DNA of 64,000 bases from an uncultured Chthonomonadaceae bacterium (GCA_963817895.1 CAWFQB010000014.1:128001-192000); one strand, 5' to 3'; positions 27,511 to 38,150 are shown, counted from the first letter of the stretch. The notes: generated by a model from the sequence alone, not told the origin. Program-made: numbers and translations.

Positions 27511-27555
27511 GATTTGTTGCCCCGTTCGCCGTCCTTGCAGGTGATTTCGTACTCG
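27511..27555. repeat. 45-bp direct copy of an internal mqnE segment (28012-28056)
   Basis: GATTTGTTGCCCCGTTCGCCGTCCTTGYAGGTRATTTCGTACTCG, 43/45 identical between copies. Confidence 0.9.
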
Positions 27556-27798
27556 CTCATGTCAACAATACGGGACAACTCGCCTGTGCCTGACGTATAC
27601 TGTAGAGAAATTGGCGGAGTTGTGCGGTGTTGGAGAGAGCGTTGTGATTGCAATTTGCGCGAGAGAAACGGGGCGGGAGGCGATTGCTCTGATAGAACTG
27701 AGCCGCTATGCAAGTCTGGATTTGGGTTCTTGAGGAAAAATTTCACAATTGATTGTCTGGTTATTCAGACGCAAATCAAACCATCAGTATACAACAGC

Positions 27799-27838
27799 AA
27801 CTGCGCCCCATCTGAACTAGTTCAGATAGGGCGCAGTT
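27799..27838. terminator. Near-perfect palindrome / terminator after mqnE
   Basis: AACTGCGCCCCATCTGAACTAGTTCAGATAGGGCGCAGTT, about 20 nt past the mqnE stop. Confidence 0.65.
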
Positions 27839-27857
27839 TACGTTCTTGCACCGGAGT

Positions 27858-29064
27858 TTACGCCAAAACGGGCAGGGGAATGAGGGTGTGTTCTTTGTGC
27901 GCGGCTTCTTCGGGCTGTGGGGGAACTTCGCGGTAGAGGCTGTCGCGCTCAATGGGGATGCGTCCGGCCTCTTCGATCATGCGGATCATCTGCTTGCGCG
28001 TGAGTACCTGCGATTTGTTGCCCCGTTCGCCGTCCTTGTAGGTAATTTCGTACTCGTGGACGGTTCCGTCTACGTCGTCCGCGCCGTACCAGAGGGCGAG
28101 CTGCGTCACCTGCGGCGTGTTCATAATCCAGAACGATTTGACGTGCGCGAAGTTGTCCAGCATCAGGCGGGCGACAGCGATGTTGCGCAGGTCGTCCGTG
28201 CCGGTCGGGTGGGGGATGTTTTCCAGTTCCGTGCCTTCGGGGTGGAACGAGAGCGGCGTCATGGTAACGAAGTGTTTGGTTTCGTCCTGCAAGTTCGCGC
28301 ATTTTGACCAGATGTTCGGCGCGTTCTTCCAGCGTTTCGATATGGCCGTACAGCATCGTGGCGTACTGGGTCAGGCCAACGCGGGCGGCGGAACGGGCTA
28401 CGTCCATCCAGCCTGCGCCGTCCAATTTGCGGTCGAACAGGGCTTCGTGAACACGGTCGGAAAGGATTTCAATCCCGCCGCCGGGAAGGGAGTCCAGTCC
28501 CGCTTCCATAAGTTCGCGCAGCACGTCTTCTAAGGGCTTTTTGGCCTGCCGCTGTATTTCCACGAGTTCTACCATCGTGAACGCTTTGATGTGGACGTTC
28601 GGGCGCACTTCTTTGACGGTTCGCAGCAGATCGAGATAATATTGGTAGGGCAAGCGCGGGTCAATACCGCCGACCATGTGAACTTCGGTTATCGGCACAT
28701 CAATGTGGGCCAGCAGTTTCTGGCGCACCATCTCCATGTTCATCTCGTAGGGGGCGGGACCGCCTTTTTTGGCGTAAAACGAGCAGAACTTGCAGAACTT
28801 GTTGCAGATGTTGGTGTAGTTGATGTGCTGATTGCGGACATAGTACGCTTTGTCGCCGTGCAGCCGTTCGCGCACGATGTTGGCAAGGTAGCCCACTGCG
28901 CTCAGGCTCGGCGTATGGTACAGCCGAACGCCATCTTCATACGACAAGCGTTCCTGATTGGCAACCTTGACGTAAATGTCCATCAAGTCCGCGCCGATAT
29001 AGCGCTCCACGCGCCTGCGCAGTAAATCGGGTTGCGCCTGTTCTTGCATTGCCTGTATTGCCAT
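27858..29064 (-). CDS. mqnE: Aminofutalosine synthase, radical SAM (one indel near 28290)
   Basis: Motifs NQHINYTNICNKFCKFCSF (CxxxCxxC), EVHMVGG, HIKAFT.VE, SLPGGG.EI and TMLYGHIET. C-terminal fragment has PLSFHPE, AVARLMLDNF.HVKSFW and GADD.DGTV. Confidence 0.88.
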
Positions 29065-29461
29065 AATGACAGCCCCCGTTAAAGAGTTGGTAGTTGATAC
29101 AACTTCACCGTCAACCAGACTACGGATGCGCTTACTGTTTTAGATACGAACCGCGCTTCTGAAAAGATACAAATGTTCGTGAACCATTTCACAATGTCCT
29201 GTTTGTAGTATACCTTCGGCAGAAAAAATATGCAACGAAGCGCAGAAGAATCAGCGGGGCGTAGTAGATTTTAAGGGTGGGCTAAAAATAAATTTTACGG
29301 CTTTGGCACAAATATATAGACGCCGGAACGTAGAATAGATGATACAATAGAGGAAGAAGTTAAGCCTGCGGCGTGGTTGTGAAACTTTGAACGAACGTTC
29401 TGATTTTAGAAGGATGAATGTCGTGCCTGTTAAGGAAGCGAAAAAAGAGGCGAAGGAGAGT

Positions 29462-30166
29462 ATGCTGCGGGTTCCGGCGAGCTGTCGGCCCGCGACGTGT
29501 GACCGCGAACGGCAGGAAGAGAAAGAGACTGTCGAGGAGTACACGGAGGGCATTTACCGCCTACAGGAAGAGCTTGAGGTCGTGGGAACGGGCGATATTG
29601 CCAAATATATGAATGTCGCGCCCGCCTCCGTGACCACAATGCTGAAAAAACTGTCCGAACTGGCGCTGGTGGAGCATACGCCGTACAAAGGTGTGCGCCT
29701 GACGCCGAAAGGGGCTACGCTCTCCATTGCCCTGTTGCGCAAGCATCGGCTTGTTGAACGCATGTTGGTGGACTTCTTGGAACTGCCGTGGGAAGACGTT
29801 CACGAACTGGCCTGCAAGCTGGAACATTTTATTACCGAACCGGTTGCGGATCGTATCGCCCACGCGATGAACTATCCGACGACCTGCCCGCATGGGAACC
29901 CGATTGACGCCACGTTTCAGGATGGTTCGCGGCGGCTTGCGGAGTGCGAAGTTGGTAGCCAGTTGATTGTCGCTAAAATTTCGGATGAGCGGCTGGAATT
30001 TCTGAGTTATGTGATGGACATCGGCCTGATGCCAAAAACGCCTATTTCAATCAAAGCGCGCACTCCTTTTGGAGATGTAATGACGCTGGATGTGTTCGGG
30101 CAGGCTGCGCCGGTTGCGATTGGGCGCGATGTTGCGAATAGTATTTGGGTTTTTGAGCGGGAGTAG
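29462..30166 (+). CDS. DtxR/IdeR/MntR family metal-dependent regulator with FeoA-like domain
   Basis: Motifs VEEYTEGIY, ASVTTMLKKL, RKHRLVE..L, ACKLEH and CPHGNPI, plus a C-terminal SH3/FeoA-like domain. Start uncertain (29414 or 29462). Confidence 0.92.
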   Translation: MLRVPASCRPATCDRERQEEKETVEEYTEGIYRLQEELEVVGTGDIAKYMNVAPASVTTMLKKLSELALVEHTPYKGVRLTPKGATLSIALLRKHRLVERMLVDFLELPWEDVHELACKLEHFITEPVADRIAHAMNYPTTCPHGNPIDATFQDGSRRLAECEVGSQLIVAKISDERLEFLSYVMDIGLMPKTPISIKARTPFGDVMTLDVFGQAAPVAIGRDVANSIWVFERE

Positions 30167-30452
30167 CGCGTTGGTGGCTGATGGTTGGTGATTGGTTTTA
30201 CGGGTTTATACGGTTTTTGTGTTGACGGGGTTAGAATCATCGGGTGAGCATGAAACTTCCAACCGGAAATTACGTCAACAAATGCAGCAGTAGGCGACGC
30301 GCGACGAATGCGCGATTGAGGACACTGTTTGCTTATGCAATCTTCATCGAAAAAAACTCTTGGCTGCTGGTTTTCCACGTTGCTGGAACGCAAGCGGAAG
30401 CAGAACCTGACTATGGCCGGCCAGTTCGGTTCAAACGCGCAATCCGCTCTGG

Positions 30453-30818
30453 ATGCGACCGAAACAACCGCCGCGGGGTTCCCTGACTCGCGCAGGAATG
30501 ACGCTGGCGGATTTGCAGCCGGGCGAGTGCGGGTACATCAGCCGATTGGGTGGCAACACGCAGGGACGTTTACGGCTGCTGGAAATGGGCATGACGCCCG
30601 GAACGCATGTACAGGTGGTTCGCGCCGCCGCGTTCGGCGGGCCGCTGGATGTGGAAGTGCGCAATTACCAGTTGTCGCTGCGCCGCGAAGAAGCGGCAAG
30701 CGTGTGGCTTGGCGACGCGCCCGTTGCTGTGTCTGCTACTTCTGATGGTCAAGAAGCCGATGCCGACACAACGCTGGAAGCCGTTTTCGCCGCCAACATG
30801 GAACAGGACGTATTGTAA
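30453..30818 (+). CDS. feoA: Ferrous iron transport protein A
   Basis: TLADLQPGE.G.I..L....RLRLLEMGMTPGT.V.VVR.A.FGGP..VEVRNY.LSLRREEA. Start uncertain. Confidence 0.9.
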   Translation: MRPKQPPRGSLTRAGMTLADLQPGECGYISRLGGNTQGRLRLLEMGMTPGTHVQVVRAAAFGGPLDVEVRNYQLSLRREEAASVWLGDAPVAVSATSDGQEADADTTLEAVFAANMEQDVL

Positions 30819-32955
30819 TGATAGGCGCTGTGGATACGGAGGAGACTGCCACGCTCACGATAGCGCTGGTCGGTAATCCGAACTGCGGCAAAACCACGCT
30901 GTTCAACGCGCTGACCGGCCTGCGCCAAAAGGTCGGCAACTATCCGGGCGTGACGGTTGAAAAGAAAGAGGGCCGCGTCACCCTGCCGGACGGCTCAAAC
31001 GCGCGCCTGCTTGATCTCCCCGGTTTGTATTCTCTCACTCCCCATTCCCCTGATGAAGTAATTGCCCGCGAAGTGCTGATGGGCTTGCGCGACGATACGC
31101 CCCGCCCCGACGTGATTCTCAATGTCGTGGACGCCTCTAACCTCGAACGTAATCTGTATATCACCAGTCAACTTTTAGATATTGGTCTGCCGGTCGTTGT
31201 CGCGCTGACGATGATGGACACGCTGGACAAAGCGGGGACCGTCGTTCATGCCGAGCGATTGGCGCGTAATCTTGGCGTACCGGTTTGCGTTGTTGTGGCG
31301 TCGCGCAAGCAGGGATTAGAAGGCTTGCTGACGGCCGCGCGCAAATGCGCTGCATTGCCGCCCCCGCCGCCCGCGTGGGATGTGCCGGGTGATATTGTAA
31401 ACGAGATCGCGGCTTTGCAAAGCGCGTTGGAGCGGGAACACCACCAGACGCCGCGCGCCGCGTTTGCGGAAGCGGTCACGCTGCTGATGCAGGAGAGCGA
31501 ATTACAGCCGACCGAGCATCTGATGGCCTCAACCCGCGCGCTGGTACGCCGCACCCATGAACAGATGCTGGAGGATGGTATAGATTTCGCGGCGCAGGCG
31601 ATTGATGCGCGATATGCGTGGATAAGCCGCGTGTGTGAGGGCGTGACCGAAACAACGACAACCGCTTTGCGCCGACCCGCTTTCCACGAATCAGCGCGTG
31701 GATAAAGTGGTGATGCACCCGTTCTGGGGCTACGCGCTGTTCGTGATTGTGATGACGGTTGTGTTTCAGGCGATTTTTTCTATCGGGCAGGGGCCGGCCA
31801 AATGGGTCGGGGACGGTATTGGCAAATTGGGCGGGCTGCTGACGCATCGTATGCCGCCCGGAGATTTGCGCAGTCTGATTGAGGCGGGGATACTGGGCGG
31901 CGTGGGGACGACACTGGCTTTCTTGCCACAGATTCTGCTGCTGTTCTTCTTTATCAGCCTGCTGGAAGATACCGGGTATATGGCGCGGGCGGCGTTTCTG
32001 ATGGATAGGCTGATGAGCAAGGTGGGATTGCACGGCAAGAGTTTCATACCGCTGCTGTCCTCATTCGCCTGCGCGATACCGGGGATTATGGCGACGCGCA
32101 CGATTGGTGACCGCAAAGCCCGCCTGATTACGATTCTGGTTGCGCCCCTGATGTCGTGTTCCGCCCGTTTGCCCGTGTATCTACTGATGACGAGCGCGTT
32201 TATTCCCAATCGCCCGGTATTGAAAATCGGGCATTTAACGCTGCTGACACTTCCGGGCGTAACGTTTGTGGCGATGTATTTTCTTGGAATGGTTGCCGCT
32301 TTCTGCATGGCGTGGCTGTTCCACCGAACCCTGCTGAAGGGCGTCGCGCCGACGTTTTTGATGGAACTGCCGCCGTATCGCCTGCCGTCTGTACGCACAG
32401 CCTTGATGCAGATGCTGGAACGGGCGAGACTGTTCGTGAAACGGGCATGGACGATTATTCTGGCGGTTTCGGTTGTGGTATGGGCATTGTCCACCTATCC
32501 GAAACATCCGAGACATGAGCGACGATCAGAAGCTGGCGCACTCGTATATCGGGCAGATGGGGCACGCGATCGAACCTGTGATACGCCCGTTAGGGTTCGA
32601 CTGGAAAATGGGCGTGGGGATCGCGTCGTCGTTTATTGCCCGCGAGGTGTTCGTATCCACGATGGGTACGGTCTACAATGTCAGCGACGCGGAAGAGACG
32701 GGGCAGGCGGAACTTGGCAAGAAAATGGCGGACGACCGCGATGAGCGGACAGGTCAGCGCGTGTTTTCGCCGCTAGTAGCCGTGTGCCTGATGGTCTATT
32801 ACGTGCTGGCGATGCAGTGTATGTCTACGGTTGCCGTCGTGCGCCGGGAAACCAACGGCTGGAAGTGGCCCCTGTTTCAGATAGCCTATATGTCGCTGCT
32901 GGCATGGCTGGTGACGTTTTTCGTGTTTCATGTGGGAAGAGCTTTGGGATTTTAG
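30818..32955 (+). CDS. feoB: Ferrous iron transport protein B (two indels)
   Basis: G-domain GNPNCGKTT, VGNYPGVTVE and DLPG.YSL. Membrane domain LEDTGYMAR, MSCSARLPVY, F.MELPPY, PLGFDWK and AREVFVST. Fragments 30818-31705, 31698-32744 and 32473-32955. Confidence 0.93.
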
Positions 32956-32998
32956 CAAAGGATGAAGGGTGAGGGATAAATTCTTCGCCAATTGAAGA

Positions 32999-33262
32999 TT
33001 GTGGATGATGATTATGGACGTTCAGAAACTAATATCTTTGGGGATTGTGGCGGCGGCTCTGGTTTATCTTGGGCGGCAGTTTGTCGCGTCAGCGAAAGCG
33101 TTCTTTGAACAAAAAAGCGGATGTGGCGGCGGGTGTGGCAAGTGCGCGTTTGCGGAACAGGGGAATACAGGAAAGAAGACTGACAGCAAGGTGCAGGGAA
33201 CAGCGGCGGGGAATATTATTGCATTGGGAGAGATCAAAACGTTGCCGCGCCGGGGCAAGTGA
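32999..33262 (+). CDS. FeoB-associated Cys-rich membrane protein
   Basis: One TM segment followed by GCGGGCGKC, directly after feoB. Confidence 0.75.
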   Translation: MWMMIMDVQKLISLGIVAAALVYLGRQFVASAKAFFEQKSGCGGGCGKCAFAEQGNTGKKTDSKVQGTAAGNIIALGEIKTLPRRGK

Positions 33263-33272
33263 GGAGACAGTA

Positions 33273-33536
33273 ATGACGTTGACATTGGAATTGCCGGACG
33301 ATGTGGCGGCGCGGTTGACCGCTACCTACCCCGATGAGATAGAACGCAACCGCGCAGTTCTCTATTCGATTGTGGATACCATTGAGGCGGAACAACAAGA
33401 CAAAGCAGAGTGGATCGACATCATCAATACCCGATTGGACGCTATGGAAGCTGGAGGCAAAACCTACAGTCTTGATGAAGCGTGGGAGTGCCTCGACGCT
33501 TTGCAAGCCGAACGTCTGAAGGCGGCTAGTCGGTGA
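33273..33536 (+). CDS. Putative antitoxin
   Basis: GAGGAG RBS. MTLTLELPDDVAARL... with an acidic C-terminus (GKTYSLDEAW). Overlaps the toxin start (GTGA). Confidence 0.75.
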   Translation: MTLTLELPDDVAARLTATYPDEIERNRAVLYSIVDTIEAEQQDKAEWIDIINTRLDAMEAGGKTYSLDEAWECLDALQAERLKAASR

Positions 33537-33907
33537 ACCCACAGGAAGCGGACGAGCCACGCCACTATGCCATCCGCGTCTATGAACACGCCACGCGGGA
33601 CATAAATGAAGCTTGTGTTTTTCTGGCTGATAGTGTTTCTGTGGAACACGCGAACGAATGGAAAAAAGGGCTGAAAGACACGATTGCCGGGTTGTCTGAA
33701 TTTCCGCGTCGTTGTCCACTTGTCACGGAACGATTTCACCGCGAAGTTCGCCACTTTGTTTATCGTCATTACCGCGTGATATTTACGATTATTAACGAAG
33801 ATGATTTCTCAGAAGACCCGCCGACCGTGATGATCATGCACCTTCGCCACTCTGCCAGCCGTCCCTTGACGCGCCGGGAGATACGCGAAATCGAAGCAGG
33901 TGAGTAA
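33533..33907 (+). CDS. RelE/ParE family toxin
   Basis: Y.IRV...A.RDI.E....A.EW..GL...I..L.EFP.RCP....EVR......YRVIF.I.....V.IMH.RH.A. Confidence 0.85.
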   Translation: MNPQEADEPRHYAIRVYEHATRDINEACVFLADSVSVEHANEWKKGLKDTIAGLSEFPRRCPLVTERFHREVRHFVYRHYRVIFTIINEDDFSEDPPTVMIMHLRHSASRPLTRREIREIEAGE

Positions 33908-33988
33908 ACAATCCAAGTTTGTATGCAGGTAAAGAGCTGACACGTTCCCCTATGTCTGATTGGGGTCCTTGAGACTCTGGAGACATCT

Positions 33989-34204
33989 ATGATACTAATT
34001 CGTTGTTCTGACGCGGATGTGGAGCGACGCGCATTAGGTTTTCTGGCAGGCTGTTTTTCCTTCAAGAGCTGGTCGAGCGGGGAAATGACCGTGCCGGAAA
34101 CCGCACTTGCTTATCTGGCATCGGAGAGTATTCCTTTTTGTGTCGAAGGACAGGCAACGTGTGAACGTCTCATTTCGGCGGGGCGAAATTTTCCTGCCGC
34201 ATAG
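33989..34204 (+). CDS. Small hypothetical protein, possibly the upstream half of an eroded gene pair
   Basis: 71 aa with a GGAGA RBS. An overlapping frame from GTG near 34161 (VNVSFRRGEIFLPHRFNKD*) stops after 19 codons. Confidence 0.5.
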   Translation: MILIRCSDADVERRALGFLAGCFSFKSWSSGEMTVPETALAYLASESIPFCVEGQATCERLISAGRNFPAA

Positions 34205-34224
34205 GTTTAACAAGGATTAAGACA

Positions 34225-35067
34225 TTGCTTTCAGGAAACTCTACATTTCGCTATGGGTTAAATACCAGTACGTTGCGGGGGCATAAACTGCCGCTGATTG
34301 AAGTGATTGACATTGCAACCTTCGCGGGCTATACGGCGATTGAACCCTGGATTGATGAACTCGACCGCTACGTGGCGGAAGGGGGATCGCTGCCCGATTT
34401 GCGGAAACGGCTGGAAGACCGCGCTCTGAGCGTGGAGGGCGCTATCGGCTTTTTCGCGTGGATCGTGGACGATGCAGGCGAACGCAAGGCGGCGCTGGCG
34501 GAAGCGCGGCGAAATATGGAACTGCTGGCGGCGATAGGGGGCAAGCATCTAGCCGCGCCCGCGTTCAAAGCAACGGATACAAACAATATTGATCTGCGGA
34601 AAGCGGCAGAACGGTATCGCGCGCTGCTGGACATAGGCCAATCGTTCGGGATTGCGCCGCAGGTGGAAGTGTGGGGATTTTCGCAAACCCTGCAAAAATT
34701 GGGCGAAGCGGCGTTTGTCGCGCTTGAATCGGGACACCCGAAAGCGTGTGTTCTGCCGGATATATACCATCTATACAAGGGTGGTTCGGGATATGAGGGG
34801 CTGAACCTGCTGCGCCCTTCCGCTATTCCCGTAATTCATGTGAACGATTTCCCCAACATCGCGCCCAAAACAATTACCGATGCCGACCGCGTGTACCCCG
34901 GCGATGGCATTGCGCCGTGGGGAGAAATCATTCCCATTTTGCGCCGTATTGGATATGACGGCGTGTTGTCGCTGGAACTGTTCAACGAAAAATATTACGC
35001 GCAGGACCCGCGCCTTGTCGCCCGGACGGGACTGGAAAAGATAAAGGCGGTTGTGGAGCGGTATTAA
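34225..35067 (+). CDS. Sugar phosphate isomerase/epimerase (xylose isomerase-like TIM barrel)
   Basis: Motifs LNTSTL, GY.AIEPW, QVEVWG, LPDIYH, HVND, DRVYPGDG and LSLELFN. Confidence 0.9.
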   Translation: MLSGNSTFRYGLNTSTLRGHKLPLIEVIDIATFAGYTAIEPWIDELDRYVAEGGSLPDLRKRLEDRALSVEGAIGFFAWIVDDAGERKAALAEARRNMELLAAIGGKHLAAPAFKATDTNNIDLRKAAERYRALLDIGQSFGIAPQVEVWGFSQTLQKLGEAAFVALESGHPKACVLPDIYHLYKGGSGYEGLNLLRPSAIPVIHVNDFPNIAPKTITDADRVYPGDGIAPWGEIIPILRRIGYDGVLSLELFNEKYYAQDPRLVARTGLEKIKAVVERY

Positions 35068-35076
35068 GGATAAACA

Positions 35077-35946
35077 ATGACGCGATCTTTTTTGAGTACG
35101 GGCGTGGGCGCATTGGCGAAGACGGATACGAGTGTTAAGCGGCGCGTACTGGTGACGGGCGCGGCGGGGCGTATCGGTTCGTACTTTGCCAGTAATGCGC
35201 AGGGCAAGTACGATTTACGGCTGATGGTTCAGAAACCCGGCGATGAAAAAGACATTGAAGGTTTGGGTGAAATCGTTGTCGGGGAGTTGTCGGAACTGGA
35301 CAAGCTGAAGCAGTTTTGTCAGGGGATAGATACCGTAGTCCACATGGCTGGGAACGCGAACGCCAGCGCGACATGGGAGAAACTGCTTGAGCCGAATGTG
35401 CTGGGCGTGTACAACATTATGGTAGCGGCGAAATCGGCGGGTTGTCGGCGGCTGATTTTCGCGTCCTCCATACACGCCGTGTCGGGCGGACGAGGTGACG
35501 TGCAGGTGAAAACATCGGAGCCGGTGAATCCGGGCGATTTGTACGGCGTGACAAAGGCGTTCGGCGAAGCGTTGGGGCGATACATGGCAGAGCAGGAGGG
35601 ATTGTCCGTTATCGCGCTACGTATCGGAGCTTTTCAGCCAACTGAATCGGCGGCGGGCGACCACGCGGTTAGTATGATGGATGCGTTTGTGTCGCATCGC
35701 GACTTGAACCAGTTGATTCATCGGTGTATTGACGTGGAAAACCTGCAATTCGCCGTTTTTCACGGCCTGAGCAATAACCGTTTTAACCGTCTGGATATTT
35801 CCGATGCGCGGGAACTGGTCGGCTACGATCCGCAGGACGATCTGACGGCACTGAACCCGAAACTCAAAGATTTGCGGTTGAGTGAAGTGATTTACAACCA
35901 CAACCTAAACTCCGGGCAGGAGTCCGGTCTGCGAGATGATGTTTGA
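35077..35946 (+). CDS. NAD-dependent epimerase/dehydrogenase (uronate dehydrogenase-like)
   Basis: Motifs VLVTGAAGRIG, FASSIHAV, YGVTK (YxxxK) and LRIG. Confidence 0.88.
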   Translation: MTRSFLSTGVGALAKTDTSVKRRVLVTGAAGRIGSYFASNAQGKYDLRLMVQKPGDEKDIEGLGEIVVGELSELDKLKQFCQGIDTVVHMAGNANASATWEKLLEPNVLGVYNIMVAAKSAGCRRLIFASSIHAVSGGRGDVQVKTSEPVNPGDLYGVTKAFGEALGRYMAEQEGLSVIALRIGAFQPTESAAGDHAVSMMDAFVSHRDLNQLIHRCIDVENLQFAVFHGLSNNRFNRLDISDARELVGYDPQDDLTALNPKLKDLRLSEVIYNHNLNSGQESGLRDDV

Positions 35947-36130
35947 AGTAAGAGATTTCATCAGCGAAGAATAATATAACCTCTCAGGTTGCGAATGTCC
36001 GCTCCGATTTTCCGTAGTACAGGAAAGCCGGGGCGGTTTGTTTTGGCAGGAGTGGGGCGAACAGACCTCCGCTGCAAGGAATGGAACAGTGGCAAAAACA
36101 ACAGGAGAACGAACGGGACGAGCGCAAACA

Positions 36131-36844
36131 ATGTCGTTTGATCCGCTTTCGGATGAAATTAAAGCGAAGGCGATGGTTGTACATGAGCGATTATGTCAGG
36201 AGTATAACTGCCCCATACCGTACTTCCACGAGTTGGACCCATTGAGTGAACTGGTTTCGTCGCTGTTATCGCACCGCACCAAAAACGCGGATTCGGGAAG
36301 GGCTTTTCGGCAGTTACGCGCCCGGTTCGCGGACTGGCCGAGCGTACGGGACGCGCCGACTTCGGATGTTGAGACGGCAATCAGCGCGTGTACGTGGCCG
36401 GAGCAGAAAGCGCCGCGATTGCAGCAGATTCTGCGGCTGATTGGCGAAAAGCGGGACGGTGATTTGTCGCTTGACTTTCTGGCGGAACTGACTGTGCCGG
36501 ATGCCCGCGCATGGCTGCAAACTTTGCCCGGCGTGGGGCCGAAAACGAGCGCGGCGGTGTTGTTGTTCAGCCGCCTGCGCCGTCCCGCGCTTCCGGTTGA
36601 CAGCCACCACCACCGGGTTGCGATACGGCTTGGATTGCTGCCGGCAAGCGTGGATGTTGGCCCCGCCCATGCCATTCTGGAATCGCAGTTGCCGCCGGAT
36701 TGGGACGCGCAGACGGTTTATGATAATCACGAGTCGCTGATGCTGCACGGGCAACGCTGCTGTTACCACTTCAACCCGGATTGTGGCCGGTGCGTGGTAC
36801 TGGATATTTGCCCGTTCGGACAAAAGCGGATGGGAGTGTCTTGA
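36131..36844 (+). CDS. Endonuclease III-like HhH-GPD DNA glycosylase with Fe-S cluster
   Basis: Motifs ELVSSLLSHRT, HhH LPGVGPKTS, PVDSHH.RV and C-X6-C-X2-C-X5-C (CYHFNPDCGRCVVLDIC). Confidence 0.92.
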   Translation: MSFDPLSDEIKAKAMVVHERLCQEYNCPIPYFHELDPLSELVSSLLSHRTKNADSGRAFRQLRARFADWPSVRDAPTSDVETAISACTWPEQKAPRLQQILRLIGEKRDGDLSLDFLAELTVPDARAWLQTLPGVGPKTSAAVLLFSRLRRPALPVDSHHHRVAIRLGLLPASVDVGPAHAILESQLPPDWDAQTVYDNHESLMLHGQRCCYHFNPDCGRCVVLDICPFGQKRMGVS

Positions 36845-36993
36845 ACCCGGATTTTCAGGATTAACGGATTAACAGGATTGGGCGACGCGTTCCTCATGGA
36901 GATTATACCAAAACGGAATGATAGCTCAAGGGGATACACTTCCGTTCTAGAATCCTGATAATCCATTAATCCTGAAAATCCGGGTTCAAGACA
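36837..36993. repeat. Long inverted-repeat element, family C (9-nt periodic arms)
   Basis: 43-bp arms TGTCTTGAACCCGGATTTTCAGGATTAACGGATTAACAGGATT, 41/43 complementary. The left arm contains the TGA stop of the Nth-like gene. Confidence 0.88.
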
Positions 36994-37014
36994 AAAATGG
37001 AATGGAGACAGTTT

Positions 37015-37980
37015 ATGCCGGAAGGACCGGAGGTGCGGCGGTATGCGGATATGTTGGGGGCGGCGCTGACGGGTAAGCCATTGGTGACGCTGACGGCGCG
37101 GACGAAGGCGGCGAAAGCGTGGTTGGCGGCGCATGAGGGATTGTTGGAAGGGCGGAAGGTGGGGCGGATATGGGCACATGGCAAGAATCTGGTGGGCGAT
37201 ATTGAGGGCGGGTATTTCTTTTATTCGCATTTGATGATGTGGGGGCGGTGGCAGATTGTTACCGAGTTGCCAATAGTAGAAACGGATCGGCGCGAACGCG
37301 CGCGTATCACGGTTGCGGATGCGGCGGCGATTCTGTTTTCCGCGCCCGTGTTTGAAGTGGGGCAGGGGATTGCGCATGAAGTAAATCCGTATCTGGCGTC
37401 ATTGGGACCGGATACGCTGCCGTATGCGGAAGACGGGCCGTTTGATGCGGGCGAGTTTCTGTTTCGATTGCGCTCACCAGAACACGCGCAACACGCCATT
37501 GGAGCCGTATTGCTCAATCAGCAGGTGTTGGCGGGCATCGGCAACTATCTGCGGGCGGAAATACTGTTCGACTGTAAAATGGATCCATGGCGCGTGGTGA
37601 ATGAACTCAATGGAGATGAACTGCAATGCCTGTGCGACAGCATCGAGAAGATGGTTCGGCGGGCGTATACGGAGGGCGGCGCGACTGTGCCGGACGAACT
37701 GCGTGACCGGATGCGCGAGGATGATAGTCTCGTGTACGCGCCGGGACGCGATTATGGGACGCGGCACTATGTATTCCGGCGCACAAATTTGCCGTGCCTG
37801 GTTTGTGGAACGACCATACGGCAAAAGCGTCAGGTCACGCGGCAGCAGGACGAAGAGGAAGACGCCGAAGAGAAGGAGCGGATCATCTATTTCTGCCCGT
37901 CGTGTCAGCAAACTACAATAGAATTGCCGCCGGTGAAGAAGCGTAAGGTTGTTTTACCTCACCCCCGGCCCCTCTCCTAG
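37015..37980 (+). CDS. Fpg/Nei family DNA glycosylase (endonuclease VIII-like)
   Basis: Starts MPEGPE; motifs GKNL, HLMMWGRW, LGPD, H2TH LLNQQVLAGIGNYLRAEILF and zinc finger CLVC...FCPSCQ. Confidence 0.93.
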   Translation: MPEGPEVRRYADMLGAALTGKPLVTLTARTKAAKAWLAAHEGLLEGRKVGRIWAHGKNLVGDIEGGYFFYSHLMMWGRWQIVTELPIVETDRRERARITVADAAAILFSAPVFEVGQGIAHEVNPYLASLGPDTLPYAEDGPFDAGEFLFRLRSPEHAQHAIGAVLLNQQVLAGIGNYLRAEILFDCKMDPWRVVNELNGDELQCLCDSIEKMVRRAYTEGGATVPDELRDRMREDDSLVYAPGRDYGTRHYVFRRTNLPCLVCGTTIRQKRQVTRQQDEEEDAEEKERIIYFCPSCQQTTIELPPVKKRKVVLPHPRPLS

Positions 37981-38150
37981 CCGCGCAACGCGCCAGGAGA
38001 GGGGAGCGAGCAACTAAGATTCCCTAACTGCTGTGAGATGCAGATGCCATGACAAGGCAAAATATATAGATGTGGTAAGCGCAAGTTTAGACACACTTCT
38101 CCCCTCTCCTGGCGCGTTGCGCGGCCAGGAGAGGGGCCGGGGGTGAGGTA
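37955..38150. repeat. Inverted doublet of family-B palindromes (REPIN-like)
   Basis: 37955-38005 and 38100-38150 are 50/51 reverse complements with a 94-nt AT-rich spacer. The left copy encodes the last residues and stop codon of the Nei-like gene. Confidence 0.9.

Noticed and set aside
27511..28056. The 45-bp repeat pair as a DGR template/variable repeat
   Set aside because: Too short, the two mismatches are not both at adenines of one copy on one strand, and no reverse transcriptase is present.
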